A stretch of 64,000 nt of DNA from Orbicella franksi (lineage: Eukaryota): positions 5,704,001 to 5,768,000 of the forward strand of contig OZ116711.1 of assembly GCA_964199315.1 (NCBI GenBank), read 5' to 3'. Shown here piece by piece: positions 35,897 to 49,400 of this stretch. The notes under the pieces were generated by a model. The model searched no databases and was not told where the DNA came from. It worked only from the letters and a program-made list of their open reading frames with translations. Within the stretch, counting starts at the first letter, position 1, and every line of letters starts with the position of its first letter. The position numbers and the translations under genes were made by a program.

Positions 35897-38026
35897 TTTT
35901 CCTTGATGCCAGGGTCATCAGAATTTTGGCATTCATCCGCTTGTGATTTATTTAGTTTGCCACAAGGAGATCTGGTTCCAAGATTAACTTGTCAGTCCTA
36001 CTACCTTACGAAATAAGATATATTACAATTCAGTTCATATTCAGTTCAATAGGAAGTTAACAAGGGAAATTTTTTTCATCGGCCAGTTTTTTGTAATCGG
36101 AATTTGCATTTGCAGCAAATGTTTCGCTTTATTGACCAAGCAAGATCAGTCATTTGGTTTTGGAAGGGAAGATTAGAGACCTTCAATAATGAAAAGATGG
36201 CTTTGTTATCTTGGATTTAACAGTCCCTTAACAGCTTGTTCTCCATGCATTAAAAAGGGAATCCGTTCCATTTCCTAAGCACCTGTCCAATATAACCGTT
36301 CCGTTAACTATGATGGATTATGTACGGCTGAAGAGTGGTGTGTCAGTCATGTGTTTTAAGTACTTCATCTCGATGGACCTCGATGGTTTTGTTGATGTAA
36401 TCGCTTGTTGATGCATGGCGTTCACAAGCATGCATTTGTGCAGCCCGTTATTTATAGTAGTTTGCAAAACTGCTGAGTAAAGACGGAATCGTGCAGGAAA
36501 TGTGTCGCTTTTTTGTGTCAAATGTGCTGTCATTGGCGAATATTTTTCTAATCGATGTATGAGGTTGGGATACATCCTGATAGCAGGAATGTGCTGTCAT
36601 TCGCGAATATACATCACGATAACAGGAACAAGTTAATTGCAGTATCTTTCGAAGGCTTGTGTGCGTGTAGTGATATATATATGTTTTAACCAAATAGAAA
36701 CTAATCAAGACTTCAAACTAGAACCTACTTTATTCATCGTGATACCCGATCCACCGGTCGATGATCAGCTGGTGTGAACCGATGTCCAGCTAAATACAAA
36801 TTTTATAACAAAATAACTAATAAAAATAATAACATTTATTACACCAATTAAACACTGTAAAGTCAAAAGATCTGTTTTCAGCCCCGCCAAAGTTCCAATT
36901 TCACCCAGGAGACCGAACGTCTGATGCAGCCTGTCGTTAAGTTGTTTGAGGTACAGTTTAATTCATGGGTCAAAGAACTATTTCAGCCCAGCCTGGAATG
37001 CAGCCCAGGGACATTGCGACCAGGCTATTGCGACCTTAATAGCCAAGTCAGATCCTATGAAGGCTCTGTATTTTACCCGTCCAAACGGCCCCAATTTGGC
37101 GGCTAAAGCAGATCTTTTGAATTTACAGTAATGTATTCCATAAAGAATATGACATAATCATCTAATGTTATCTTCTCGTGTTGATGCTGGTTGATGGTAT
37201 ATCTCACGAGTGAACACGGCGAACGAGTGATAGATACTATGTAACATTAAGTTTATTGCATAAATATCGATGAAACATCCAAATCTTAGTGATGTCAGTT
37301 TCTTTTCCATTTTAAAAGCGTGTACCGAAAACAGTAGTAACGTTCACGCTTGCTCCTCAATTGGGTTTCCAATTGTACCTGACTAATTGTAAAATTCATC
37401 AAAAAAATACAGTATCAAAATATCTTCCACTATTAAAACGAGAAAAAAATGATACACCACTGAACTATAATATTTTCAACTAAGTAAACCAAACATCTCA
37501 TCACATTTTGCTTAGCGAATGTATAAGGATACATTAATAAAGTGAGAGACGAGGTCATGCATATACTCTAACAAAAATAATCTATTGTAAAATTAGGTTA
37601 AAATTCACTGTAATGAAAAAATTCCTTTTTTTTTTTAAATATAAAATACGCATATGGGACCGACCTCAACACTTTTCCAGTGTATATATGCCGAGATACA
37701 CGGCTGATTCAGTGACTCACTCGACTAATTAACAATGTAAATAAAGTGTGTTGGGGCACGAACAAATATATATATATCCTTTTCTAACGACTCAGAACAT
37801 CAGAACTAATTGTACAGTCCATTAATTGGCATTTAATGCCCGTTTTGGAGACTTGCGACTTATGAGTTATGTACAGCAATGCTAAGCACCTGGGTTAAGT
37901 AACAATTCCTTGTGAAGATTCACGAAAATATTCTTCATGAAGTCAGCAAATTAAATCAGTTGCACGATAGAATCATCCAAGGTTGTCTCCCTATTGGCTT
38001 ATTGAATTATACACTCAATTTTAAAA

Positions 38027-38110
38027 CTCTCCTCGAGTAAATAACAAAATAGCTCTCTCTATATGTACCTCTCCTAGAGTAAATAACAAAATAGCTCTCT
38101 CTATATGTAC
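38027..38110. repeat. 42-bp tandem duplication
   Basis: ctctcct(c/a)gagtaaataacaaaatagctctctctatatgtac x2. Confidence 0.9.
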
Positions 38111-38192
38111 GTACTACACAGTCGGTCACGTTTATATTATTTGTTTATGATCATGATGTTCTAATTTGATCATTGTATCACACCTGGCAGCC

Positions 38193-41100
38193 TCAAACAT
38201 AAAATGTTACCTCCAATTTAGGATCATTTAGCCACGAAGGTGCTATGGGATTTCGGTCTGAAACTCCAGCACTGTTTTTGTTGGCGATATCATGAAGCGC
38301 ATGACCCAGCTGTGGGGACGTTTCTTGTTCTTGGTAGGGAGTTTCCATGTGGGGCTGCCCAGTTTCCGTACCCAGCAGGGACCTTGTACCAGTAACCCCG
38401 TCTACCTTCTCCTGCACGTTTGCATAGAGGTGATCGCCCTGTGGCACCAACTGGTCTGGAACCGTGGGATGCGTACTTGCCCAAAACGCGGCATTCTGAT
38501 ACAAGCACACCGATGAATTGCCGTCCACGGCTTCATACTCATCAAGGCATACTTCCTGTTTTGGGGTAAATCCAGTGCCTTCATCCGCGGAAGTATGGCC
38601 TTGATCCAGAATGTACAGCGCATTTTCGTAAGCTACACGAGGTTTATCGTAGTTTGGGATAGATTCGGCGTCTTCAACCCGCGAGGCCCCTTCTTGATCA
38701 GAACTGAACGCAGTGTTGCTGTACTCTACAACGCGCTTTTTAATCTTTGTCGCTTGAGAATAAGTGGCTTCTTGTGCTGTCCTGGAAACACCTTCAGCTT
38801 GGTATATCTCGGTGTGACTTCTCTTGCTCCCAGATCCCTCGGTTAGGCCCTGATTGGAGGAATGGTGTTCAGTTTCACTACGTTGTTCAGCTTCCATTGC
38901 AGCTGGACTCAAGTAGCCTGATTCATTACTGAATGGTTCCCGAGGTTCTTGGTTAATTGTCATAAGTTTGTGATCTCTTTCCACTGGATTAGGACTAATG
39001 TAGGCAGCTTCGTAATTCGAGCTTATGTCCAAACGCTCGTCCGCTTCAGAGTTTCCAACTTTCGGACAACGTGAGTAATTATCGTCTTCGTCGTCCCTTA
39101 CGGTTACGGAAGGAACGTCGACGTATTTGTACATGTGCTTGGTAAAGAACTCGTCTGAGCACATCTTCTCGATGACTTCCTTGGAGGGGTGATTCTTCAT
39201 ATCTGTTACATGACAAGCAGCCTCTGTCTGACAGATAGTTAAGTCTGGCCATTCACTTTCGTCGTGACTTTTCAGCCAGGATCTCATTATCCAGGACGTC
39301 ATTGGCTCCCTTAACAAACGGAGAAGTAATATCAATATATAGTACTTGTCATGTCTGTCTTCTCTGACTTGTTGTAACTCAGCGACTGCTTATTCCTGAT
39401 ATACTGAATCATACTTGGTTACATTGAAATTAAACTAAATTTGTGCCTCAAGTGGTGTCTCCTAGTTTAAATTCTCCATTTGTCTAAGCATCGAAAACTC
39501 GATTCTCAAAAACTTCGCTTGCCGACTTTCATTTACCGAGCAACATGGTAATGAGATGATCTTAGATAACACTTGCTTATTTTAGGGTTATTTAACGTCA
39601 TCTCCACTGAATACGTTTTTATTCTTAATATTAACTGATGATACTGCTTGCGTCGATTTTACTCCCTTTAAAAGAGTTAAAACGTACCTGCTCGTGAGGC
39701 AATCAAAGATGGCGAGAGCGGGTGGTCTCTGCACGGATTCATATGCCCAACATTGATGCATTAGGATATATACCCAGTCTGGACAGCCCTCAGGTTTGCT
39801 CAGCGGTCCGTGGTGTCTTATATGAGGCAGAATCTGAAATATGGATCTTACACATTTAGTTTGAAGTAATTCAGGAGAAATAAATGAATGTTTTACAACA
39901 CAGTGATCAGAATTTGCTTGGAGTTTAATTGCTCTTTATCCAGTAAGCGAATGTGGAGTTGCCGCGGCTTCACGGTTAAGGCGCTCGCCTCCGGATCAAG
40001 TGGTCCGGGTTCGCGCCCTGACTGGAGATATTGTGTTGTGTTCTTGACTCTCACAGTGCCTCTCTCCGCCCAGGTGTACAAATGGTTACCGGTGAATTTA
40101 ATGCTGGGTGTAACCCTGCGATGGACTAGCATCTTATCAAGGGAGGAGTAGAAATACGCCGAGCGCTGGCCTGGTGGGCCACTTGGCTTGTACGCAGGCT
40201 TTACACACAGAATCCCGACATCCTAGATCAGATCTCTTGGGCAAGTGAGGATATTTTCCTTTTTAACTGTTAGATATATAAGTAACTAAACTATTTTTAT
40301 CGTTTTAGGTATTTAGCAATTGCTTTTCCGCCTTGGTTCTGTTTTCTTTAGTCCTATACACTTCCCTAACCCACTCTTAATCGTTCCCGTCCTGAGAGTA
40401 GCAGTGGCCATCAAAACGTTGCCTTCGAGGGCTTGGACGTAACTAATGATCATCAAACTCTGCCTATCGTAAAAATTGTTTAGAATGCATTGAGTAAAGC
40501 CCTAGAATTTACCTCATGTCTTTCAAGATCAAAGAACGGCACTGAGAGGTCTCGCGGCCCATCTTGTCCAGTTGTGAACGATGTGTACAATTCCCAAGCA
40601 AGAATTCCAAATGCCCAAACATCACTGGCATGCGTGTAATGCCCATCTAAGATTACCTCTGGTGCACTCCTGTAGAAAAGGTGTATTATATTATTAGTGC
40701 AGGCTAGGGGCATATCATTTCTCCGGCAGTTTGTAAAGTTTTCAAAATCCCCTAGCAAGTTAATTGAACAAACGACAACATATATTCAATACACCTCTGT
40801 ATATGCAAAAATAGTGTCTCGGCTGGTGCTAAAATCAAACAGTAACCGGCTGAACTGGTTAGCCTTGAATGGAACGAAATACTTGTGAACATTGTAAGCT
40901 GTGATTAACCGACATCCTTCATATAAGACTACTTATCAAACAGTCTTGATACTAAGCAAAGCATGGGGCTTTAAGGTACTCACCAGCGAGTAGCATCAGG
41001 TGGCATGGCAGATTCTACCACGCATGAAGTACTGGTTACTTCATAAGCGCTCATATAAAGAGGCTTAGAGCGACCCAGACGACCAACCTGGACCTGGACA

Positions 41101-43421
41101 GAACAAAAGGGAAGGTTGAGCTCACTTTTTCTGCCGACACGTGCTGATTGTATTGACAGTTGAACTTTGACGAGTTTAGAAAATACTGCTGTTAACAAGC
41201 ATGTTTTTCTCCAAAAGTACACTACTTGCAGAAAACGTTGGAGGTTAAAATATCGGACGTTTCATTTTCGGGCATTTTTTTTGTCTCATTTCGAAACAAA
41301 ATTTCGGAAAAAATGTGTACTGTTTCAGTATCGAACCAATTCTGCTAACCTGTCGTGATGTGTTTTGTGTCATTACTATTTTCATGACCTCAGAGCTTGA
41401 TTTGATATATACCGTTATTGACATGAAATATCAAGTGAATGATTACCACTACCATGTCGTTATTACATTGTCATGTACTGACCTTGTCTGGCGCTATCAC
41501 GCTCACGTGTTCAGCGCTGAGGTCTCCGTGTACGATGTGATTCACATGAAGATAGTGTAGAGCAGACGCCACTTGAGACAGAAAGGTGACTATGTCACCA
41601 ATTCGGCATCTCTTGTCAAGAACATATTCCTTCAGGTTACCAAGAGGGGCATCTTTTGAGGTCTGAAAAAAAGAAAAACTTACTTTTCATTTCTTAGACC
41701 TCTCCGGCACTCGTGTCGAGACGATTAAAATGATTATCAAAGACTGTAAAGTTACTGTTTTCCTTAGAGAAGTTGCTCAAGGAAATAATTTAAGCTCGAT
41801 TTCAAACTGAAGTTAAAGGAAGTTACAGAACGTTCCTATATTATACCTGAGGGTAGCTATAATCGTACTTACAATTTCCACGGTTGGACTGTGCGAATCC
41901 AAATTATGTATCTTCCAGATCGGGACAAGATTTGGATTTTTAAGAGCGAGAAGTCTTTTCAGATGTTGAACATCTCCCTTTGTAATATTCTCACGTACCA
42001 CAGGCATGCCCTAAAATTGAAAACACTGCAAGTTATAATAATTCAGCATGCATTTTTAACTACTTGTTAACCGAGAGTGAGGTCTTTACGGGAAGATCTC
42101 AAACAGAGACGTTGCCCTATTACGGTAAGGCCGAGGTTTGAGAGGCTTTGTCTGTGGAAGCCCGTTATCGGCCCGTGAGCATTACGGGAGAATAATGTCC
42201 TAGAATTACCAGAATTAGCCGATCCAATTATCGGCTACAAACTCGAGCCATATCATAAGTCTACTTCATAACTAAAAATTGATTAATTATTTCCTGATTT
42301 CGACAGTTTGCTTTTGACAATACATTGATTTTGTGAGAAATAACGTATTGAGCGCTTAGGGAAACAGTTTGAGACCGCATAATTATTATCTTTGAAGATC
42401 ACGTTATTATTATAACTGATTACAACTATATAAGCTCTAGTAGCTGCAAACTCTTTCCCTTTGCTGATTTGGATTAATTTTCATAGTACTAGCTACAAAA
42501 GAAGTTTATTTCCCTTTTGGTCCCTCGGCGTTCTTTCGCAGCTTTTTTTTTTCTCTTCTCAGCTTTCTCAGTACAGACACCTTCTGATCTTTAAGTAGCT
42601 TTACATGATAGATTCATGATAATAGACACACCAACCTGAAACATTTGTCTTTTGGGAAAATCATCACGTTCTGACAATGTACCATCCAAATCTTTCTACG
42701 ATGTCCAAAATACAAAAAGAAATATGTTCAGTCAGTAAACTTTATCTATATCCACACATGTCCAATATACACAAACAGATACCAATCGACAAAACACCCT
42801 CACCAATCGTACCATCAGTAAATGATCACCATTCGTCGAAGTCGCCTTGCCATTAGTACAAATTGGTACAAATGGAAAGCTCCTCAGTCGATTGGTATTT
42901 TTACAATAACTGTCTAATTTATCCCGCGCCGATTAGCTTGATACCACACGTGTAGGCTTGGAGTTCTTATTAACTTATAACCGAAGTGCACTCTTGGAGG
43001 TTTACAGGGGGATACGGAGGGAAGAAAGTTCGTGCACCTTCGGATGTCTGCGTTCTCTCACTCTGCAGTTTCTTTATTTTTGCCTGAAATTTTTAAGTAT
43101 ATATATTATATCCCATTAAATTCTACTTAAGTTTCTTTTCAGGTGTGGAGGAGTAAACGTATAGAACAAATGTGCCCCCAAAAAATTAATTACAAGTAGC
43201 TTTGAAAATAGGGCGACATTTTACCTCCGTTTCCTTGCTCAAGTGCCAGGGGCGGTCATCGTTAAGTTCTGAAATAATAGAGAAGTATAAGCTGCATACA
43301 CAACTAAGGCTACACGCAACCATCAAGTAATTGCAGGGCATTTAGATGCACATCTCTGAAAATCAATAGCCAGTTTGTGTTACTACTGATCATAGTTCGT
43401 CGAATTGCATGTGAATTGTGA

Positions 43422-43452
<31 letters not shown>

Positions 43453-46400
43453 TAGTAGATCAGTCAGTCAATCAGTCAGTCAGTCAGTCAGTCATTCGGT
43501 CAGTCAGTTATTCAGTCAGTCCGTCAGTCAGTCAGTCAGTCAGTTAGTCAGTCAGTCAGTCAGTCAGTCAATCAGTCACTTTATCTGTAGTGACTGAAAA
43601 GAAGAAGGAAAGGGTTTTTCCATTTTGATCATAGCTCGTTGTAAAATTGTGAAATCAATCAATTAATCAGTTAGTCAGTCAGTCAGTTAATTATAAATCA
43701 GTCACTTTATTTGTAGTGTTAAGCATTATTATAAACAATAGCTTTTCTGATTTGGCACTGAAGAAATCAAATCGTCTTACCATATGGCGTTTCTTGGTGG
43801 TCCTCTATTGACTGGAGGGGGAGCTGTTCGTAAGTCAGGTCTGATAAGACAGAAAAGAAAGTTAGATGTGAGGCTAAAATTAGTTAAAATGTGAGACTTT
43901 GGTTTTGTTGTCAGTAGGTATAAAGTTTCTATGAGTCCCAAGACACTGAAGAAATCAAATCGTTTTACCATATGTCGCCTCTTGGTCCTCTTCGATTGAT
44001 CGGTAGTTGCAGTCTTCGTAAGCCAGGTCTGATAAAACAGAGAGGGAAGTTAGATCAAAATGTGAGGTTTGGTAAACCTGGCTTCATTGTGAGGTAAAAA
44101 GTTTCAATCAGGCCCTTAATTCTCCACTTGAGAAATGATGTTGGTAGACAGTGAAAAAGTTTCTACTACCCCAGATCTCATTGTAGCCTTAAGATTTGCC
44201 CAAATTAATGGGCCATTTCTTAGTTGTCTTTTGCCTCTGTTTCAAAACGAGCCCTCTTTCGAAACTGTTTTTGATCTGCGTGCAGAGGACGTGCAGAGCA
44301 CTCGTTTTGACACAGGCTGAGGCAAAAGCCAAATGGTCTTTTGACTGGGTAACCAAACATTTCGTGTCTGGTCAAAAAGTTGGGATTTGTCTTTAGCCAA
44401 CACAGCTGAAACCTTCAAAAGCAGGCAAGGATTTCCTCGATCTCGAGCTTGCCATTATCGTAAAATTTGAAATGACAAAAACATGAGTCACAAATACAAT
44501 CCTGAAAATTCAAAACGATGTTATTAAGTTTATTAAACAATTAGATCGAGATTTCTACCGCGTGATAGTTGACGAGGGCGCAGTCCGAGTCAGCTATCAC
44601 GCATAGAAATCGAGAGCGAATAATCTAATAGTTTTAGTATAAATCCACTAGTCGTTCAAAAGTTGATCTAAATCCTCTTCACAGACACTTCGAAAACGCC
44701 AAGACGCGACCGTCATTTTGTTAACAAGGGCACACTGCTACGCTACTCACTATCTATCACAGAATAGATAGTGAGTAGCGTAGCCAATCAGAGAGCGGCA
44801 TTCGTGATAGAACGCTAGTAGATATATACTAACAAGAATTAGCAGAATTCTACTAATATATTAATGTAAATGCTGTAATCTGATTGACTGAGCCATTGAA
44901 CACTATCAGCCATTAGTGTGCAGTGGCTGGAGGTCGTCTAGGAAATGGCGACGCTTTTTTCGTTTTCCTAAAGATTTGGAGGAAAATTTTGATGCAAATG
45001 GATAATTAAGTTCTTGAGAAGTCTAAACGAAGGACATTTACGGTTTCTTGACTTTTAAAAAAAATTGAATCTCGATTTCTATGAGGTGATAGTTGATTCG
45101 GCCTTCTGCCTCATCAACTATCACCTCATAGAAATCTCGAGCTCATAATCTAATTGTTAAATGTTTTATGCTGACTCAGTCGTCGGTTGGACTGAAGCCT
45201 AAACAACCTCACAAAAGCAGTTAACCTGAAAAAAATGAACCTCAATGTATGACAAAAGTTATTACCTGAAACAGAGCTGTATATGTCTTCCGCATTTCCA
45301 ATGCTCTGTGCGACAAAAGCAAAGCACTTATAAGACATTGTTGTAACTAAAAGCATTTTATGAAAGTTGTTTCCTTACTTTCGCAACTCTAGATTTCGGA
45401 CCAATAAGTGTAGATTAATTTGGCGAACAATTTGACGTATTTTTCATTCAGCAGTCAGTTTAAAAATAACAGTAAGTGGCTTTCACGTTATGTTGTTTCT
45501 TTTCCTTTTAGACGATATTTATATTCCCGAACAAAAAATGGATCTTGAAAAAATGAGATAAAGGAAGCCTTACAGAGCTTTCGTAAGTGACGTGATTATC
45601 CAGGGAAGGTGGATCGGGCCGTGGTGGCTCTTCATCTATAACAAAAGATGAGTAAATAGTGGATGAGGCACTGCTTTCTTTTCTTTTTTTTTTAACATTT
45701 TTATGAACAGAATAGAATATCAACAGGAAAAATCAAGAGAAGATGAATCTATTTAAAATAATGATACTTTGCAAAGTCGACTAGTGAGGAAAAAGCATAA
45801 TCAGGGGATATTGCATATATGGATGTTTGTATCTCAAAGCACGACAAATTTAACTCGGTAAGAGAATTTAATAATCTAGCTTTGAAAGCATCGTGGCAAT
45901 TTCGGTCTTGCTTCACGGGTGATTGACGATTTTTCGTGCATAGATTCGATTGGGGCATTGTATGAGATTTAATACAGTTTGCACTGTCCAGCAATCCAGT
46001 TAAAGCTTAAAATTTAAAGTACAACATTGAACCTACCCTTATCTTTTGAGATTCTCTTCATAAGCAAGGGCGCAATCCATTTATCTCCAAGTAGTTGGTA
46101 GAGTGATACTTTACAGGTCTACATCGTAATTGAACTCATATGACCTATCCTATGTGAAAGTATGACACATTAAAAGAGGAAAATAATATGCACAAGTACC
46201 TGCATTTTCATGCATTTCGATAAGCCTTGCTTTGACATCAAATAATTTGGGTCGTCTATGTCGCAGGAGCTCACAGCACTGCATCATCAGCTCATACTCC
46301 TTTTCTTCAAAACACTGCTCAAAACGCAGTACCTCTTTGCGGTTCTTAATCTATAAAGTATTGAAACATTAGTGTTAGTTGTATCCCTTTGCAAAAATTA

Positions 46401-49400
46401 TAGCTTCCGATTAATTCCAAGGGTGGATTCAGGAAGGTTGGGGAAAAAGCACTAGAATAAATAGAATAGTTGTTTTAATTCAAAACTAGATTAAAATGTA
46501 TCTATAGGAAATACAATATCTTATTTTATAAAGTAACCTTTTCAAATTATTTCGGAAGGTATGCCTCCGACGTCCGGTGACCTTCGAGGGTTGGAGACTT
46601 TTGCTTTCCCTTCTTGCACTAACAAGAGTTCCCCCTCCTCAGCTATCATTTTATAAACTCAGAATCGTCGTTCTTTGATTCCTATTTCTCCAGTTACTAT
46701 CGTTAACTTAACTTGCAAACATGTTTGGCAAAATGTTAAGAGCATCAAACTTATAACTGTGATCCTCGTGCCTTGAAATTCATTTACAAACACACCATCT
46801 TGAAAACCAATCGCAGCCTAATGGATTTCATAAATTTGCAATTGCCTAATCTAATGTTCAGAATGTACCCGTGAAGTGCATTAATTCCTCCACTGGAATG
46901 CACTTTCCCAACTTACACACAGAGAAACCTCTTCATCCTTCCCGACGTGTCTGTAAGGGAGGCATCCATAAGTGAGCACCTCGTACATCAGCATCCCAAA
47001 GGCCCACACATCAGAGGCAGTGGAATAACGGTGCTCCAAAAGACACTCTGGTGCTTGCCATCTCATCGGCAGCTCCTCAGCTGTCGTGCTGATAAATTCT
47101 GGTAGACCATCATCCACTGAACAATAGCTATACAGTGAATCCGGATCTTCAGCTGGAAGTAAAATAATATGACTGACTGCTCGTTTGGAGATTACTTTTC
47201 AATGTCGCAGTGACTTGGGGGAGATAAGGGTTATTGCTGTTGAGATTAACTGAGTAAAGGAGGGGTGAACCCGCTTAAGCTAGGACTTCGTCGCTAGTAC
47301 GAACCTCTGGCACTCAGGGTTTGGCTGCACTGCACTTTTACTGGGTCATTTGTACGGTATTCAAAGAAAGAGCATCTACCTCCGAATTTTATTGAAATGC
47401 TGCAAAATTCCTTGTATTTGCTTCCACGGTGACTTTACTTTCGTTATCTGAGTAATTATTTTTATTATACATTCTGGGCTCTTACTTTGGTTCGTAAGCT
47501 GCTGTAAGGATTGCATCCCACTCAATTTGCAGACATAGTTGTCACCCACAAGCACGTTTGCTGCCATGACAGCGCGGTGTACGAAGTCCAACTTCTCTAA
47601 GTACAACAGAGCGTCGGCTATGTTTACGAGCATCCTAAGAAGTTGGACTGGTTGGAGACGAGGACTGTTTTCCCGGGATCGCCAGACAAACTGCAAAAGA
47701 TTTCCCCATTTTTCAAATGCTGTGATAATATGGTACGGCAAATTTTTCGTGTCGTAGCCTAGGAGAACAATAATGTTTGGGTGTCGAGATTCGTTTAACA
47801 TTCTCAGGCAATCGGCTTCTCTGATTAGCCTCTCTCTAGCGTTGGTAGAGGGACTGTCCTCCAGAAGGTGCTGCTTCCTGACAAACAGGACTTTTACGGC
47901 CACTTTCTTTCTTTGGAACATCCCATGCTTGACAAAGCAACCCGAGCTTTGGCTTACTATTGTTTGGTTGATTTCCAGTGTCGGTGTCCTGTACATGGAG
48001 GACAGGTGTTTGATGTGAAGGTCTTCGGGAAGGTCGTGCTGCAAATTTTGGTTTTTGGATAGACAATGAACCAAAAACGTCCTTATTTCTTTATCAGGAC
48101 AGAGAAGCACTTCTGAAGATCGCCGCTGAAGAAATGCACGACATTCCGGCCTTCTCTGCACTTTTGTATCTTTAAGGAGATTCACTAAGCATCCACCTGC
48201 TTCCGTCCTCATTTCTGAATCGTAGCAGGAAAAGCGAAAGACACATGAAAAGTCACAAAGGCTCATGACACCACTAAGATGATTTTTGACTTATGATTTT
48301 AGCAGAAAATTGTGTAAGCTCGTGAAATGAATTACACTGAAAAAAACCAATGTGTTCTAATTTCTATTCCAAACATACACCACGTACCCATTTTGTTTTT
48401 TTAAAACACATGGGGTGACATGTCTGAGATCATGCTTTCTATTCTTGTTGAACGAACTACTTGAGTGGAACTTGAAGCTTCTGTCTCTAATTCAATTTAA
48501 CAGCCTTTGATTTTATTGATTTAGGAAAGTTCGGCCCACCTTTCGTTGCGTTGTTCATCGCAATATCTGATAAAATCGACGCTGCTAACAAACAAAACCT
48601 CCAGTCATCTCCACCACCTCTCTTTAAATACGTTTCCACGAGAAGTCTGAAAAGTTTCATGGCCCGTCTCTCAGTCTCCATTTGTGGAACAGGACGCTCA
48701 CAGTATACCTGAGAGGAGCATGCATTTAATCAATTATCGATAAGTAAATGAGCTCATTACTTAATTGGTGCTCCTCTTGGCTCTCGTTTCCGTCAGAAAC
48801 AAGCAGCGAATGGTAGCTAAAAAGGCAGCTTGATGATCTGAGTTTTAAGTTGATGCCAATGAAAAAAATAAAGGGCTTTGCGTTGATTGAAAGGCAAACT
48901 TGTCCAAGTACATCTAAGTTTTAATTGTAGGGATATGAATGTTCTTAGGCCTGTAATTTCTGAGAGTCCCCGAAACAGCAGCCACTCCGTTTAACTATAA
49001 TAACTTTTAAATGGAATTTTCAGGGCGTCATTTCAGATTCCGAGAAAATTGGATATCAGGATTTTGGAGCCAATTGTGAAGATGACGACGATGTTTACTC
49101 ATCAACAAAACAATTGTACTACGACGGAATTCGCGCCAACCTTAGATGGTTTTAGGCAAACCAATGCGGGCATTGATCAGATTTTTATCCAAAAACACTC
49201 GCATTGGTTTGAATTGTTGAAGCCCGGGCTCTCTAGACTAGTCAAAAAAAATTAAAAAGTCAAAAATCAAAGACTTACCTTCCCATGAAGATAAATCAAG
49301 ATGCAGTGCAGATCAATCCACTTGCCATTCTTCTTGAGCCCTTGAAGAACCTTTAAATCGCCACTGGTGATTTTCCGGTTTGAGCAAAACTCTTGGCACT

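Noticed and set aside
43757-44100. CRISPR-like repeat-spacer array
   Set aside because: Only two units, in a eukaryotic intron, explained by micro-exon duplication; no cas genes.
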